Origin: Lama guanicoe
Taxonomy: Eukaryota
Reading direction: 5' to 3'
DNA: 64,000 nucleotides
NCBI GenBank assembly: GCA_013239625.1
Contig: MU053758.1
Coordinates: forward strand, 248,001 to 312,000
Shown: positions 26,717 to 40,590 of the stretch, in pieces
How positions within the stretch are numbered: position 1 is the stretch's first letter
Layout: every line of letters starts with the position of its first letter
The notes under the pieces: model-generated
The model's database searches: none
What the model saw: only the letters and a program-made list of their open reading frames with translations
What the model was told of the DNA's origin: nothing
Program-made: the position numbers and the translations under genes

Positions 26717-27859
26717 TCACTTCAAGTCATGCCAGTCACACCAAATGCCCTCCACGTGTAAAGCACTCTGCTGGGTTCCAAGATGGAACACACTACAAGG
26801 GGAGATGACCACCTGCCCACCACCTAAAGAACCTTCCAGTCTAAACGGCACAGAACATCAAATAAGGTATTATGTAACACAAATATGTTATTTCCATTGC
26901 ATTTTGTGGCTGACTTGTTAATTTCAGCCAGAAGGACCTACTATATTGGATTTATGTGAGAGTCGCATGTGGTTCACACTAAATAAATGAATAAACTGAA
27001 GAGATTTGTTGTTTTTACACCTATTGAGTCAAGTACCTTCCATGTTTAAGCAAACTCCATGGAAACAGAAGAGGTGGAGCAGAATGGCTTGCTTACCAGT
27101 TGGAAGCAGGCGTTTAAGTATATCTGGGATGTCTGCAAAACGGGAGGATTAACAGTAAAGGGAGGGGACAAGCACCATCCACTCCCAGGGGAGATGCTGG
27201 TTAGAAATGTTAACAAGGTAACAATATGTAGTAGGAAGTAAGCAAGTGTTGACTTAAAACCAGGCTAAGGGTCATAGACCCTTCAAAACTAAATGTGGCA
27301 AACGGCCTGACAGAATATAGATCAGCACACAAAATGTACAAGTCTGTCAGCACCACAGGGTGGAGAAGTGTGATTGCTCAACCAAACTGCTAAGGAACCA
27401 GAAATTATGGGTATGCTGGGACTAACAGGACCCTAAGCAAGTTAAACTGGACTTAGGTGGAACCGTGCGATAAAATGTCTGCCTGCACCACATCATAACA
27501 AACCTCGCAGTTCCTCCTCACTACCACTAGATGGCGATATCAACACGGTAAAGGACCCTATAGTTCTCTGGCAACCAGGGACCTATCATAAGCCAGTATT
27601 TTTTTCTGACGAGGATTTCCCACCTTCCCTGGGAGGTCTTTGGGCCCCTACTTTCAAAGGATTGATATTTGCTGTCAATCCTCCTGGTGAGTTTCTGAAC
27701 CTTTGAGATCCCTGAACCAAAAGATAAGAGTCTGGGGTTGGTTGCAACAAAATCAGAGCCAACATGGTGACTCCTGCCTACACGGACCCCCTCCCTGTCC
27801 AAACAGGGGTGCCTGGCTCCCAACAAAGACCCTCCCCAATCACTTTTGGGTGCACTCAC

Positions 27860-27923
27860 TGCCTGGTCTGTTCCCGGTTGGAATAGGTGACATTCACCAC
27901 CGCGGTCTCACTCTCAGTGTTCA
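27860..27923 (-). CDS. IGF2BP1: IGF2BP1 exon 5 (VNTESETAVVNVTYSNREQTRQ)
   Basis: Acceptor cctag; donor CA|GTGAGT; 64 nt. Confidence 0.97.
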
Positions 27924-28879
27924 CTAGGGGAACAGAACAGAGATCAAGGTTAGAGAAGTGAGATCTGGAGATGGGTGTTGATGATTAAAAATAAACAAAC
28001 TCATCTGCGCAGGTTGTGCAACAAAGTCAAGAGGGAAATACTCAATGACAAACCAGAACATTTCCCGCTTTAAGCCCCTTTTACTGGAACTCTTGGAAAA
28101 TTCAAATCAGCCTAGCATTTTCCTTTATATGCCTTCCTTTGATTTCCTACCAGCCTCCAAGGGAGCTAGGCATACAGAAGGGTGCAGCAGAGAGAAAACA
28201 CACACACAGGCACACAGGCACACCCAACCCAGGAGATAAAATTCACTCTTGGAAAGTTAAACTTGGTTGGAAAAAACACGTAGAGTGAGATTGAACCAAG
28301 AAATGGCTGAAGACACTTGTGGAACATCCAAATCCACTTTAGAGTATCTTCAAGGATACGCCGATCAAATTTAAGAGTGTCGTGACCTAGCTGAATGAGT
28401 TGACAGGAATGGCTGCTGCAGGGTCTGGGGGAAGGGATTTCCTGACTTTGAGAATGGACTTGGGTTGGACACTAGAATTCCAGTTGATCTGGGCACACAG
28501 TCTTCCCATTTTGAATTAATAAAATTAACTTCTGTCTTATGCATCACTGCCTTGTGATTTTGGATCCCCTTGGCCTGCTCAGCCCTGGTGTGGCGACACT
28601 GACAATAAAGCCCCTGCTCCCACAACACTTGAAGATAAAGGCACGTGGCCACAAAACCTCAATGCAGACCACTCTCAGCCCTTCTGGCCTCATCAGTAGA
28701 GTTCTCCCATATCAGTGGAGAGGAAGATTCTGCAAGAATTCTCTTCCAGTTAAATGGAAATACAGTAATGAATAAAACCGACAAACTTCTGCCTGCATGG
28801 AGCACATTTGACTAGGAAGAGATAGCAGTAAGTATAATAAGCAGATCCTGTAATTCTACAGAATATTAAAAAAGTATAA

Positions 28880-29280
28880 GACATGGAACGTTAGCTGTAA
28901 GAAAGAATGGAATTCTGCCTTTTGTAGGAATGGGAATGGACCTACAGAATATTATACTTAGTGAAGTAAGCCAGACAAATACTGTATGTTATCACCTATA
29001 TGTGGAATCTAAAAAAATGTATATGCAAAACAGAAACAGCCACACGAACTAATGGTACCAAGTGGGGGGAGGAGGGGGCACACTGGGGTATGGGATTAAG
29101 TGATACAAACCACTATGTATAAAATAGAGAAGCAACAAGGATATATGTATAACACAGAAAATTATAGCCACTATCGTGTAATAACATTGAAAGGAGCATG
29201 ATCCGTAAATACTGAATCACTATGCTATAATCTGAAACTAATATAAGTCAACTATACTTCAACAAAATAAAAATAAAGTC
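28880..29280 (+). mobile_element. L1 3' end fragment in intron 4
   Basis: ATGGACCTACAGAATATTATACTTAGTGAAGTAAGCCAGAC...TATGTGGAATCTAAAAAA...CAACTATACTTCAA. Confidence 0.75.
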
Positions 29281-30307
29281 ACTCTCTCCCTGAAAAAAAG
29301 TAACATGTGGTTAAACGCTGTGGAGAAATACAAATCAGGGTTAAAGGAGGTGGCGGTAAGAGGTCCAATTTCATGTAGGGTGGATGGAAAACACTTTGCT
29401 TAGAAAGCAACACTTGAGCAGACTAGAAGTCTTCATTGTTACAAGATCAAACCCATTCTGTCTTCTCCCCTGAGGATCGGGGTGTTATAGCTCCGGGGTG
29501 AGCCTGCTGGGCCCCCCAGGGGGGCTCCCCATGTGTTCCCAACCATTGCCAGGAGTAACTTAGCTGTCAGTCTAAGCTGTGTGCGGGACTGGGCAATGGT
29601 TATCAATGCTTCCAGTTGTGTCCTGGCATTTATGATAAAAGGCAAGCAACAGGGTCAGAGGAGAGAACCTGTTTGATTGATTCAGCACCTCACACCTTTG
29701 TGCTGGCAAATATTTTAATCATTTATAATGATTTACAGCTTGCCCCTTTCCACAAAGAATTTGGAGATGAATATTTAAATCTTATCTAAAACGGTTTGTT
29801 AAAGATTTGCAAACTCCAATTGTATTTTGTCTACTTAATTACAAAGCTCTACTTTATGTCCAATCAAAACCACTCCAAATTTATTTCAGCTCATTTCCTC
29901 CAAAAATAAGAGACAACCAGTGATTATTCCACTTAAAAAAAAAAAGAAGAATCGTGAAGCTTTTCTTTAAAGGGCTGCAGACGAATAATTTTCACCCTTA
30001 ATCTATTTCTAAAATCTACTTTGGTTGGCCCAGGAGCCTGGGGACCCCATGTTGGAAATGAGTGACTTTGTTGATTTTCTGATTAAACAGAGAAGACACC
30101 CGTTGCAGAGATGAGCAGCAGCACCAAAGCTGGGACCACAAGTCCAGGTCCGCACTCCAGTGTACCTCCCTCCACTCCGCATCCTGGCTCTCTTCTTCTG
30201 GTGTTCCAGGGAGATGTGGTAATGAATGGATAACGAAGGAGAGCAGATCCCGCAAACTCCTCCAGCACCCACCCCTCCACCGCACCACCTCGTCTGCCCA
30301 CTCTTAC

Positions 30308-30359
30308 CTTGCTCACAGTTCTCTACTGTCCCATACTGAGCAAGCAGGCTGTCCAGTAC
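30308..30359 (-). CDS. IGF2BP1: IGF2BP1 exon 4 (VLDSLLAQYGTVENCEQ)
   Basis: Acceptor cccag; donor AAG|GTAAGA; 52 nt. Confidence 0.97.
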
Positions 30360-30895
30360 CTGGGAGCAGGGAGAAGGGAATAAGGCTTCTCTGAGCATCC
30401 CAGGGACCCACACAGCCACCCCTGGACACCTCTCACCCCAAAGCACTGGGGCATGAGCAGAGCCTTTGGTGGCTGGAGCACTGCTCTCTGCTCAGTTTGC
30501 CTTTCCAGGGTACTAACGATGGTAGTGACCTATGGGGGGTTTCTTTGCAGAATATACTTGAGCTCAAAAAGGCACTTAAGGGCCTTTTTGGAAGCAGACC
30601 TGTGCCACCTGGGTCCCTAACTCATCCCTCCTCATCACTAGGTTTGGGGTTTGGGGAAACCCTTCCCACCTCCCTAATGCCTCCCCCCACAGGGACATGC
30701 CAAAGGACTAGCACTGGCAGTCTCGGGTTAAGGATGAGATCCAGTCAACCTCCCCTCAGCACCACTAGCATCTCTGGCCCAGCCCCAAACCACCAGGACA
30801 CCTCCCCAACCATCCTTGCCAACTCAGGCTGGCCCAGACTTCCTTCCCAGTCTCCACAATCCCGGGCCATTGAGAATTTCCCCCAATTAACTTAC

Positions 30896-30944
30896 TTCCC
30901 ATCGAAGCTGGGGTGGAATATTTCGGATCTGTATTTTCCGACTC
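30896..30944 (-). CDS. IGF2BP1: IGF2BP1 exon 3 (SRKIQIRNIPPQLRWE, RRM2 start)
   Basis: Acceptor tttcag; donor GAA|GTAAGT; 49 nt. Confidence 0.97.
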
Positions 30945-33900
30945 CTGAAATGAGAGAGGACAGAATCAATGACAGCTCTGGATACTTTAGGGGCCTGTCA
31001 TTCTTGTCCCGGTCTTTATCTTCCTACCTTCTGCTCAACATCAAAGTCTCAGAGTCTAAGAATGATAACCTTTGAGAACAGAGATCTGGTGTAGGGGTGC
31101 CTCACTCAAAATTTTATCAGTGCTGCCATACATAGGAATGCCAAAATCAGATGTCCTAAGACTAGGATAACATAATCCCCCCAAATCACATTGGCTTTGT
31201 TTCTCTCTCTTAGGTTTCTCACCCAGTAACCATCTATTACCACCCACTGTGTTTCAGGCTCTAGGAATACAAAGCTAGCAACATGAATTATCACATGAAT
31301 CATTAATCTGATACCTTTTTACCTGGTGCCTACTTCATGCTGGACTTTGCGCTACATGTTCGGGGCATAATGATAAACAAAACAGACAAAGTACTTGGCC
31401 TGAAGGTGCTCACAATTTCTTAGGGGAAACACATATGCAAACAAATTACAGCGGGATAACAGGCAACAGCTAAATTCTTTCTTTGTACAGATATGGATTT
31501 AAAACTCTGCTCCACTTAATAGCACTGATCTTCAAAAGGTTATTTAACTTCTTTGAGGCTCAGTTTTCTCCTTTGTAAAACAGGGATAATACCTATTCAC
31601 AGGGAGGTATAAAGTGATGTTAGATAATATTATCAAAAGCTTAGCAAAGAGCCTGGAGTAAGTACTTAAAAGTATAATGACAGGCATCTGTGGATATAAA
31701 GGTAGAGTGATTAACACACAACCCAGCATCGTGACCACCACCTTCCCTCCTCCCAGTTTACTAGTTTCTCCTCATCTTTCAAATGCCTCTTTCCCTGAGT
31801 AATTTCCCCTGAAGAAGACTTTCAGGTGCAAGGTTGACTCCCACAGCAATTAACTGCTCACCACCCAAATCAATGCCCTAATCCCTGGGCTTAAAACATT
31901 TCAATTGACTTGATCTGCGTTGGGTCAACTGTCACTTATGCCTTTGCATATCCTTGATCACAAACTCTTAGTTCAGGGACATGGTTCAACAAAATTCTAG
32001 TGGTGGGAAAGAAAATGAAACTAGGAAGCAAGAAAGTTCGGTTCTAGCCCTTAAAACTGCCCTTGATCAGCTGTGCTGACGAAGCCACTCAAGCTTCAGG
32101 TCTCCCGGGTGATAGGTAACAGGGCCCCTGTCAGCTCTTGCCAAATGAGGGGAAGGGGTGCTGAAAACACACGGGAGCAAGGGAAGAGATGCTCTAGCTG
32201 TAAATGCTTCGATCTTTGCTCTGTCCTCTTGGCCAGCTCACTCACTTCATTCCTCTGACCAAGTGTCTTCGGATGTAAAATGGAAACAGAAGAGTCTTTA
32301 AGATCCCTTCTAGCTCTGCAGCTTTGAGGGTGGAAAGACTTTATCAGTGAAATACACTAATGAAAGCTTTTCCTGGGTTGAACTAACTTAAGGGAAAAGC
32401 AGCATGAGGGTTGGAGAGAAGCTATGTCCATGCGCTCTACTTCGGTTGGTTGATGAACCTCATCTAAAGATGTAAGGATAAAAGAGCAAGGGTCAGAACA
32501 AGTCCAGGTTCAGGTCCTCGGGTCCCACAGGAGGCCAGCTGCTTGGGATCCAATTCACTGGTCAAGAGGGAGCCCCATGGCGTGTGCAATGACATGGTGT
32601 TTGGGATTTTCCACACAACTCATGTGAGATTGTGATGGAATGGGCAAAGAAATTCAGGGACCCTCACAATGAAAGCCAAACTCTTGGAAAACTGAAGAGA
32701 TGATTACACCATCGGAAGGGAACACTGATCTCCCTCAATGCTAGTAACAGGGCTCAACCAAGCTAAGGGAGGACCTTCCCCCGAATGAACTCTTCTGGAA
32801 GGACAGCAGGGAGGTGGGCGGCTGTCTTCCTGGGAGTTCAAACCAGTAAAGGCTTAAAGCAGCCGCCTGCCAAAGTTCACTGTAACCTCAGGTCAAAGGT
32901 CAAAAATATCCTTTTCCTACTGAAACTCGCAGTTTTAGGGGCTTTCTTTTCTGGGTAGGGAGGAGTTGGGAGGGGATGGGGTGGTGAAATCAAATCTCAG
33001 TTCGGGATGTTAATCCATATCCTGAAAGCCATGGCAGTCTGGAATGTCTGGAATGTTCCAGGAGGAGGGGGAGGAGGGCAGGGACACCCAACCAATGAAA
33101 GGAAAGACATCCTGGCAGCCCGCCCCCACCCCCAATAGGCAGAGACTCGCCTCTAGGGCACACACACCCAATCCTGGGAACCCAAGCCAGGCCCCTTCAG
33201 GCCTCCAAACCGCCTTTCAGCAGAGCCCCCAGCCCTGACAAACACACAACAAAGGCCATGAAGAACCTTTTGTCTTTTAAGCCCTTGGCCTGGTTTCTAT
33301 TAAGTACGGTGCTACCTAATTTCTTTCAGGCCCAAAACATATGGGGCCATGTTGGGAACTGTACCCCGCACTCCCTTCCAGAACCCTCCAGGTAACTCGT
33401 TCACCTTACAAGCATTTCTGGATGCCCAGTGATGGCCGGTGGGAGCTGGGCCAGGGCAGTGTGCTGCGGGCTTAGAGGATCAGGATGGAAGCTAAGAGAC
33501 CCCGATTGCTACTTCTTTGCTCAGTACCTTACTTTCCTCCTATGAAAAGTTGACAGGGCTTTTGGGAGGGCTTAACGCAGGCAGGGTGCCTACCATGCCT
33601 TGGTGCTCAGTCACTGTCCTGGTCCCCAGGAGCCTGCAGGTGTCCAAACTAGCCGGAGAAGAAGCTGGCAGGGCTGACAATGAGCCGTGTGATAGTAAAA
33701 TGGTTAGGCTTCTGCACTGTGGGGAGACCGTGGGAAACAGCACACCTGGAGTCCCACCCCCACACCTCCACCTCCCTGTGACAACCAAAGGGCCCCTCCA
33801 GCACTCCAGGGAATCGGCTTCCACTAGGTTTTAGTGGAGCCTTTGCCCTACAGGTAATAAGGCATGACACTCCTAGCAGGGCCTAAACCCCAACACCCAT

Positions 33901-36399
33901 TGTTCAGAAAAGCAAGAGAACTCCCAGAGGCTCACAAGCCACCGCCCACCTACCCCCAGAGCTGATAAACCTGTTGAGTGAAAGAACGAAGCCTCCAGTC
34001 CCTGGCAATGAAGGCAGTCATTGAACCAGCCTAATTATTTTCCTGGATGCCAGCACCCTGTGGCTTCTGACCCCCTGGCTTGCCCTGACCAGCAGGGTAG
34101 TTACCAGGCCCTGGGGCAGCTCCCTAAAAACAGAGCCATCACAGGGGATACGCCTCTAATGCTGCTGGAGACAAGCAGGGGACACAAGGGCCACAGGGAC
34201 CAAGTGACCATTCTTCAAGCCCAGAGCAGATTCCAGGAGAGACCAGAGGGAGGGAGGGAGGAAGGGAGCATCTGTGCAACAGCCTAAGGAGTTAAGCAGG
34301 AAAGCAAGAGACTCAGGAAGCGCGGGAGCTGGGTACCCGGAAGCATGGCTGGGAGTTCTCCCAGGGCAGGAAGCTCCCGTCCTTTTCACCTTTTTAAAGA
34401 AGTGTCACTGACTTAGACTGAAAGGGAAGGAAAACAGTTCAATTAAGGAAGAACCTAACATTTGAGGAGTGCTTAGCAGATAACAAGCTCTGAGATTTAG
34501 CACCTTTAAGAAGCCTCCCATCACTCATGACCTTGGCAACCAGGGCCCTGAGAATGAGGAGCTGAGTATCTTCGACAAGTCACGCAGGTTCCAAGAGCCA
34601 GAGCCAGTGTTTGAACCCAAAGGTTCCAGGCTCTCTGCATTGTCCCCTGTGCTGCCTTTTGGATGGTAGAAAGGAGACAGAAGCCTTTGCCAAAATACAG
34701 TCAAATTTTGGCCTGTGGACAAATTAAAATCCTCAGGGTTCACACAAAATAGTGAACAGCGGACCTGCTGAGTGGGCGCTGCACTTCAGTAAGTCAGAAC
34801 ATCCCACCTGCAATTCCTGAAGGTGCGTATGTCCATAGTTAGCTGAAAAATGCTTCTGTGGTTACTGAACACTAACTAGATATTTGATCCTATTAATTGT
34901 TAATTTTTAGAAATCATACAGATTTTCAGCTTGTTTTAGAAATACAAACCTAAATAGTTCCAGATAAAATGACATGTCTAGGATTTGCTTTAAAATAAAT
35001 CAGGGTTTGGGGAAATGAATACAGACTGGATATGATTTGGTAATTTTTAAAGCTAGATGGTGGATACATGGGAGATTTATTAAATTATCCTCTTCACTTT
35101 TCAAAGTGGTTTTTTTCCCCCCACAACAAAAAACTTTTTTTAAAAAAGGTAATTTTAGTTCAGCCAGTTTTAAAGGCACGACAGGTTGTAAATTATGGGT
35201 CTAAGCCAATAAGGTTTTTCTCTTGGTGTTTTATTAGCAAGAATCCAAGCCCTGGTGAGGAGCCTTCTTGGGGCAGAGAGGATGGGCCTGAGGTCCTGTG
35301 GAAGGAGGAGAAGACAGACAAACAGATGGGACCCTTCTCAGAAGGGGGCCTCCCCTGATGGCAGGATGCACACTGGGAACATGTTCCAGGGCGTCGGGAG
35401 GACAGCTAAAAACTGCCCTAGGGAGTGTTCTTAGCAATTCAGCTCCTTCCTCTTCCCACCCTCACTCCCAGAGGGTAGGGTACCGCCTTGCATCATGGAG
35501 GTAGCCTCACTCCTCCCTAGAGGGAAGAGTTCCTTTAAACCAGAGTGGAGCGAGCCAGTCTGAGAAGGAAAGAGGCAACAGTAGGTTCTGGAAATCTTTT
35601 CAAGCTTGGGGCCCAACCCCCAAAGGCCCCTACCAGGAGTCATACCTGGACTTTCATCTCTCCAGAGAACTAGGATTAAACCAGAATCTCCAGAGCAGAC
35701 CCTTCACCTCCACTCCTCCCCCAGGCCATGATTCTCTGACTAGCAGGATGTGTGATCTTGGGCAAGTCAGGCCCTCAGCTCTCTAAGATTAGTCCACTTT
35801 ACTGGGTCTTGTGTCCTCTGACAGGGATCAACCCTGATTCACCTACAGTGATACACTCAGAATAATTTTCTGTGCCCTAATGGTCTGAATAAGTGCTTCT
35901 TAACCCCGCACCCTTTTTTTGGAGACTTGGTTTCCATTAGGAAATATGATCCAAAGAACACCCTCCACCAGAAAAATCCAAACATTCTGCACACAATTTC
36001 AAGATTTCAGGGGTTAATGAAAGCTTTGGAATCCATCTATAGCCCAAAGTTAAGACACCCTCTCACAAATCCACGGGTTTTCACTTTGTCCCCATTGATG
36101 GGGATGAAGTGCACTCAAGCCTGCAGGAATCTCCTCAAATAGGTGGGAAGAAACTAGCCCAAGGCAATTAGTAAACTAAGCTTAACCGGGGATGGGGTTG
36201 GGGGTATTACTCGGCTATTTTAAAAGAGCAAGCAACAAGATTTTTCAAACTTGTGGTAGCACAATGCTCTTTTAATTCCAATCAGCAGTCAAGGAGCTCA
36301 CTATCATGACTTTCCTTGTGGTTTCTGGTGCTCAACTGCTGGAGTCATTCATTCTAGATTTTTTTGGCACCTACTATGCACTGGGCCTGCGCTGTTCAC

Positions 36400-36830
36400 A
36401 CGACAGTTGCCACTCCTCAACAAGAGAAATGTGGCTACTGAGCATTTCAAATGTGGCTACAGCAACTGAGAACTGAATTTTTATTTAATTTCAAGTGTTT
36501 ATATATAATTTAACATTTTCTTCTGTAAATTTTATGAACTTTAAATACAGTTTCAGTATTTCCAATGAAAATTCAGCATATGAATTGAGACAGGCTCTAA
36601 CAGTGAATTAAAATACACACTTGATTCCTAAAACTTAGTACCCTGCCCCCAAAAGTAAACTATCTCATTTCTTATTTATATTGATTACATGTTGAACTAA
36701 TAATCCTTTGAATTGACTTTTAGAACTTTTGAATTAATCTTTTATATTAATTTCACTCTTTTCCTTTTTAATGTGGCCATTAGAAAATTGACACGTGTGT
36801 GGCTTGCATCACGTTTCTATTGGACAGTGC
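36400..36830. mobile_element. hAT-Charlie DNA transposon fossil (MER3/MER33-like)
   Basis: ATGTGGCTACTGAGCATTTCAAATGTGGCTA...TTTTTAATGTGGCCATTAGAAAATT...TTTCTATTGGACAG. Confidence 0.6.
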
Positions 36831-37757
36831 AGGGCACTGTGCTGCAGTGCAGAGCATGGAGGGATGAAGAAGCCAGGCAAGCCTCCTGCTCTCATGGAGT
36901 TTACAGTCCAGCAGGGGACCCCAGTTTGGTTAGGATGGGAGAAGAGAATGGACAAAGTTAACTGGGTTGTGAAGCTGGGCTGGCCACAGTATCCCTTCAG
37001 CAGTGGGTGATCCTGTTGACTTCTCAACAAGAGAGTACCATACGGCTGACACCGGAGAAGCACCCCCCAAAGCTGGCTCCATCCCAGCTGGAAATCACAC
37101 ATCAAAGATGTCCTAATGTGCCAACCTCTGCCCTTTCCATAAGATCACCACTGACCTAGTCCTTCCTCCCCACCCTGCCTCCTCCTTATCCCTGTAGGGT
37201 GGAGAGGTGGAAAAAAAAGTAATTGTCTAGGAAAGCTTCTAAAGGGGGCGGACCTGGCACGCTCCAAGCAGGGCAGTAGCTGAGAAAGGGGGCGGGGCCG
37301 GGGAGGGGAGGAGGAGCTGGCCCAGTGCCCAGGGCTCTGTGCCAGGCTGATCCAGAGGCAGGGCAGCCAGACAGGAGGGCAGTCGGGTGGGTTGACGGAC
37401 AGGGGAGGGGCTGGAAAGGAAAACACTGATCTACGGGAAGGTGCAGGACCAGGCCGAACTGATGCCACCACCAAGGAAAGAGTCAGAGTACACGAGGGGT
37501 CTAGAAGGCAGGGACACCACTAGAATGTATCTGTGGTCCCATGAATGTGGCCTTTTAAATGTACGTGGCACACACGCACGTGTGCTCCTGAGCTAACGTT
37601 TAGCACAGGCAAGAAGAAAAGGAGAGGCTCTGGGCTGAACCCTATTCCTCCTCCTTGGAAGGCTCTTGTATTGCGGTTAATATGCTCCTGGCCCACCTGA
37701 AGTCAGGGAAGAAGAGGGCGAATCACTAGGCTTCTTACCAAGACACATATGTGCATG

Positions 37758-37822
37758 CACACACACATATATATACACACACACACATATATATATACAC
37801 ACACACACATATATATACACAC
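37758..37822. repeat. Compound (CA)n(TA)n microsatellite, about 3 units
   Basis: Directly visible in the sequence. Confidence 0.9.
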
Positions 37823-39739
37823 GCACTAACCTGGGAATAGGAAGTTCCAGTTGAAGGAAATCAGATTCATATACTGAGGCCTGAGAGGGTCCTTAACAGA
37901 CACCCTCATCTTATAGATCAAGAAACAGAGGCTCAAGAAAAGGAAAGACTTGGCAACTCTGAGGTAGGACTAGAACTCAGCTCTCCTCTCAGGCACCCAA
38001 CCTCACTTCTTTCTCTCTGACAAGAAGTGTTAACACAGCAGAAGCGTGTATAGCCCCGATGTCAGCAGCAGGAAAAATGCCCATTATTCTGTATGGCTAA
38101 GTGCGTGCCAACTGGCTTTTACTGCATGCGGCTCCAATTTGGGCACAGGATTTAACTTGCAGAAGAGCTAACTACACTATAATACGGCTGGATGACTGTC
38201 AGAGAGATTTGTTAGCAAGGAAATAGTGTCGTCATCAAAAATCTCGTCTTGCAAAATTTCATCTCAGTTTGGGATAGGCAGGAGTGCACAGCTGAATGAG
38301 TCGTAGAGTGCGAAAGTGGTACCCGGTGTATGAGAGCAGGCAACAGAGGACTACTCGACTCAATTCACTCATCTCGGAAATAAATGGTTTGACAAGAGAG
38401 CCCACAGTTTTTTTTCTTGCCCATCTGGGCAGTGCCAGAGGAAGCCAAAACAGAAGCTCAGACTGCGGAGCTCTTTCCAGACAAATTCCAAGTTGGCCTG
38501 GGCCAACTGCCACTCCCTCCCTCCACCCACTCCCTCCCTCTACCATGCTCTCAGTGCTCTTTCACCTGAGGGTTTCCTAGAGCCAGAGCTGGCCTCCAGA
38601 GTTCTACAGTGTGAAGCAGGGGGTGTGAAGAAACCATCCGAATGAATGACTCATGGGGACAAACAGAAGAGGTGACACAGTGTAAGCAGTGCAACCTGGC
38701 TGGAGGAGGCAGCCATGGTATGGGCAAGAAGTTAACTGTTGTGGACACTGCTCACCATCCTTCTCTGGCTGGCAGAGGTAAGTGTTTCCAGGATCTTCCC
38801 TTAGGGTTGGGGTGGTTAATCCGCTCTGACAGAGGGAAAGGTGGGTGAAGAGGGGCTGGAAAGAGAGGTTGGTTTAGCTCTCACTGCCCAGTGGAGATGT
38901 CAGCATCTCTCCAGAAAGCTTCAGGGCAAAAGGTCTGGCACTCTGGGGCCCAGAGATCTGGCTGAGGATGGAGCTGATACTCCATGGAAAGCATTATGGG
39001 GCATGCCTGGGAAACGGAGACAGGTTGAGTGTCTTCTGAGGAGAGAGAGCAAGCTTGGAGAGCGTAGCTGAAGGCTAGAATTTCGAAGCAAAGCTCTCAG
39101 AAGCAAAGACCACCCTCAGTCAGTCTTCTGCAACTCACAATTCACACTGAAAGACCCTAGCGGGGTTAGAGCAATTCTTGGAATCAATAGTGTTCCCTGG
39201 GAAAGGATGAGACTATCCTGGTACACATTTTACAATAATTTACCCTATTAGTGTAAAGGAGCTCTGGTTGGGTCCCTCCAAAATGAGGTTAACAACCTCC
39301 AGTAATTCATGTCTCCCCTCCAGCTGCCAACACAGACCTGTTGGTGGCTGGAAACTTCTGGAAGCTGGTGTTTCTTTCTAGTGGGTGCAGTTCTTCATCA
39401 GAACAACTCTCCTCTGACATGGATTCCCATCGTGAGTTCTGCTCTGGCTTTTGCAGCAACAAAATGCCCTTTCTGTAGAGGCCCTTCTCCCCAGCCCAGG
39501 GTTCTGCTGGGGCGTTCTCCAGGCACCATCCAAAGCGGTTCCCAGCCGTCCTTGACCAGGAGCAGGGGCCAGGTCTCTAACAGCCAAGGGGACCTAGGGC
39601 GGCGAATACAGCCTTTCACGATGGACAGTGGAAAGCAGGCGCGGGCAGGGCAACTGAGAAAGAGGTGCCTGGGAAGGGCGGCAGCAGCTGAGGGAGGGGG
39701 AGGGCTGGCAGCAGCTGGGGGGGAGGAGGGGAGCCCTCA

Positions 39740-40590
39740 TGAACGGGCAATTGAGAAGGGCTGAGCAGCTGAGCGGCCGGGCTGGCGTCGCCGGGCCTGT
39801 GCCCCACGTGGGCCGCCCCTTCCCCCAGCCCCTCTCACCTCACCAGGGAAAGCTGAGCGCTCACCCTCCCACCCAGGCCGCTGGGTGGGCCGAGTTGGCA
39901 GAGCACACGGAGGGGAACAGAGGATGCCCCCGGGACCCCCTTCCGCTGCAGGGCCCGGCAGCCTAGAATGTTCGGCCGCCAGAACCCCCTCGGCATCCCG
40001 ACTCACCCCAGCCGGTCCCACCCGGCCCGGGGGGCCCGGGCTACCCGCGCAGGGCCCGGAGGGGGAGGGGACACACGCCGGGGGCTGCCGGGTGGGGGTG
40101 GGGACCAGGACTTTGCCCTTTGTCTCTCTCTCCAGAGCCACCGGCCGAAACCCGACCCCATCAGCGAGCCAGGCAGCCAGCGAGGGGCAGGCTCCCCCTC
40201 CGGGGTCCTTTAGTAAATCCAGACCCGACCTCCCTGTGGTCAGGGCTGTGACTGAGGTGGTCCTGTGGGGGAGGGGGCTTCCCGCCTGCAAACAGGCCTG
40301 CAAGCATTTAAGTGGGAACCGGTTGAGGGTAGGGGGCCGGGAGGGGGCTGGAAGTGGGGCCGCAGAAGCTGGAGGGGAGAAAATGGCCCGGGAGGCGGCA
40401 TTCCTTAGAGACCTCGGCTGGGCTGTGGGAGGAGGCAGGACCCGGGCCGGGAGGCCTCCCACTGAGAAGGCAGGAACTGAGGCCTGGGAGCGGGGTGGGG
40501 TCGGGTGGGCTGGGGTTGCGGACCGAAGGGGCCTTCTGGGCCTACAGAGAAAAGACCCTCCTCCCGGGGCGTTCTGGGAGCCGCCACAGA
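39740..40590. promoter_or_regulatory. Intragenic CpG island in intron 2
   Basis: Dense CpG/GC block; CACGTG at 39805-39810. Confidence 0.75.
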
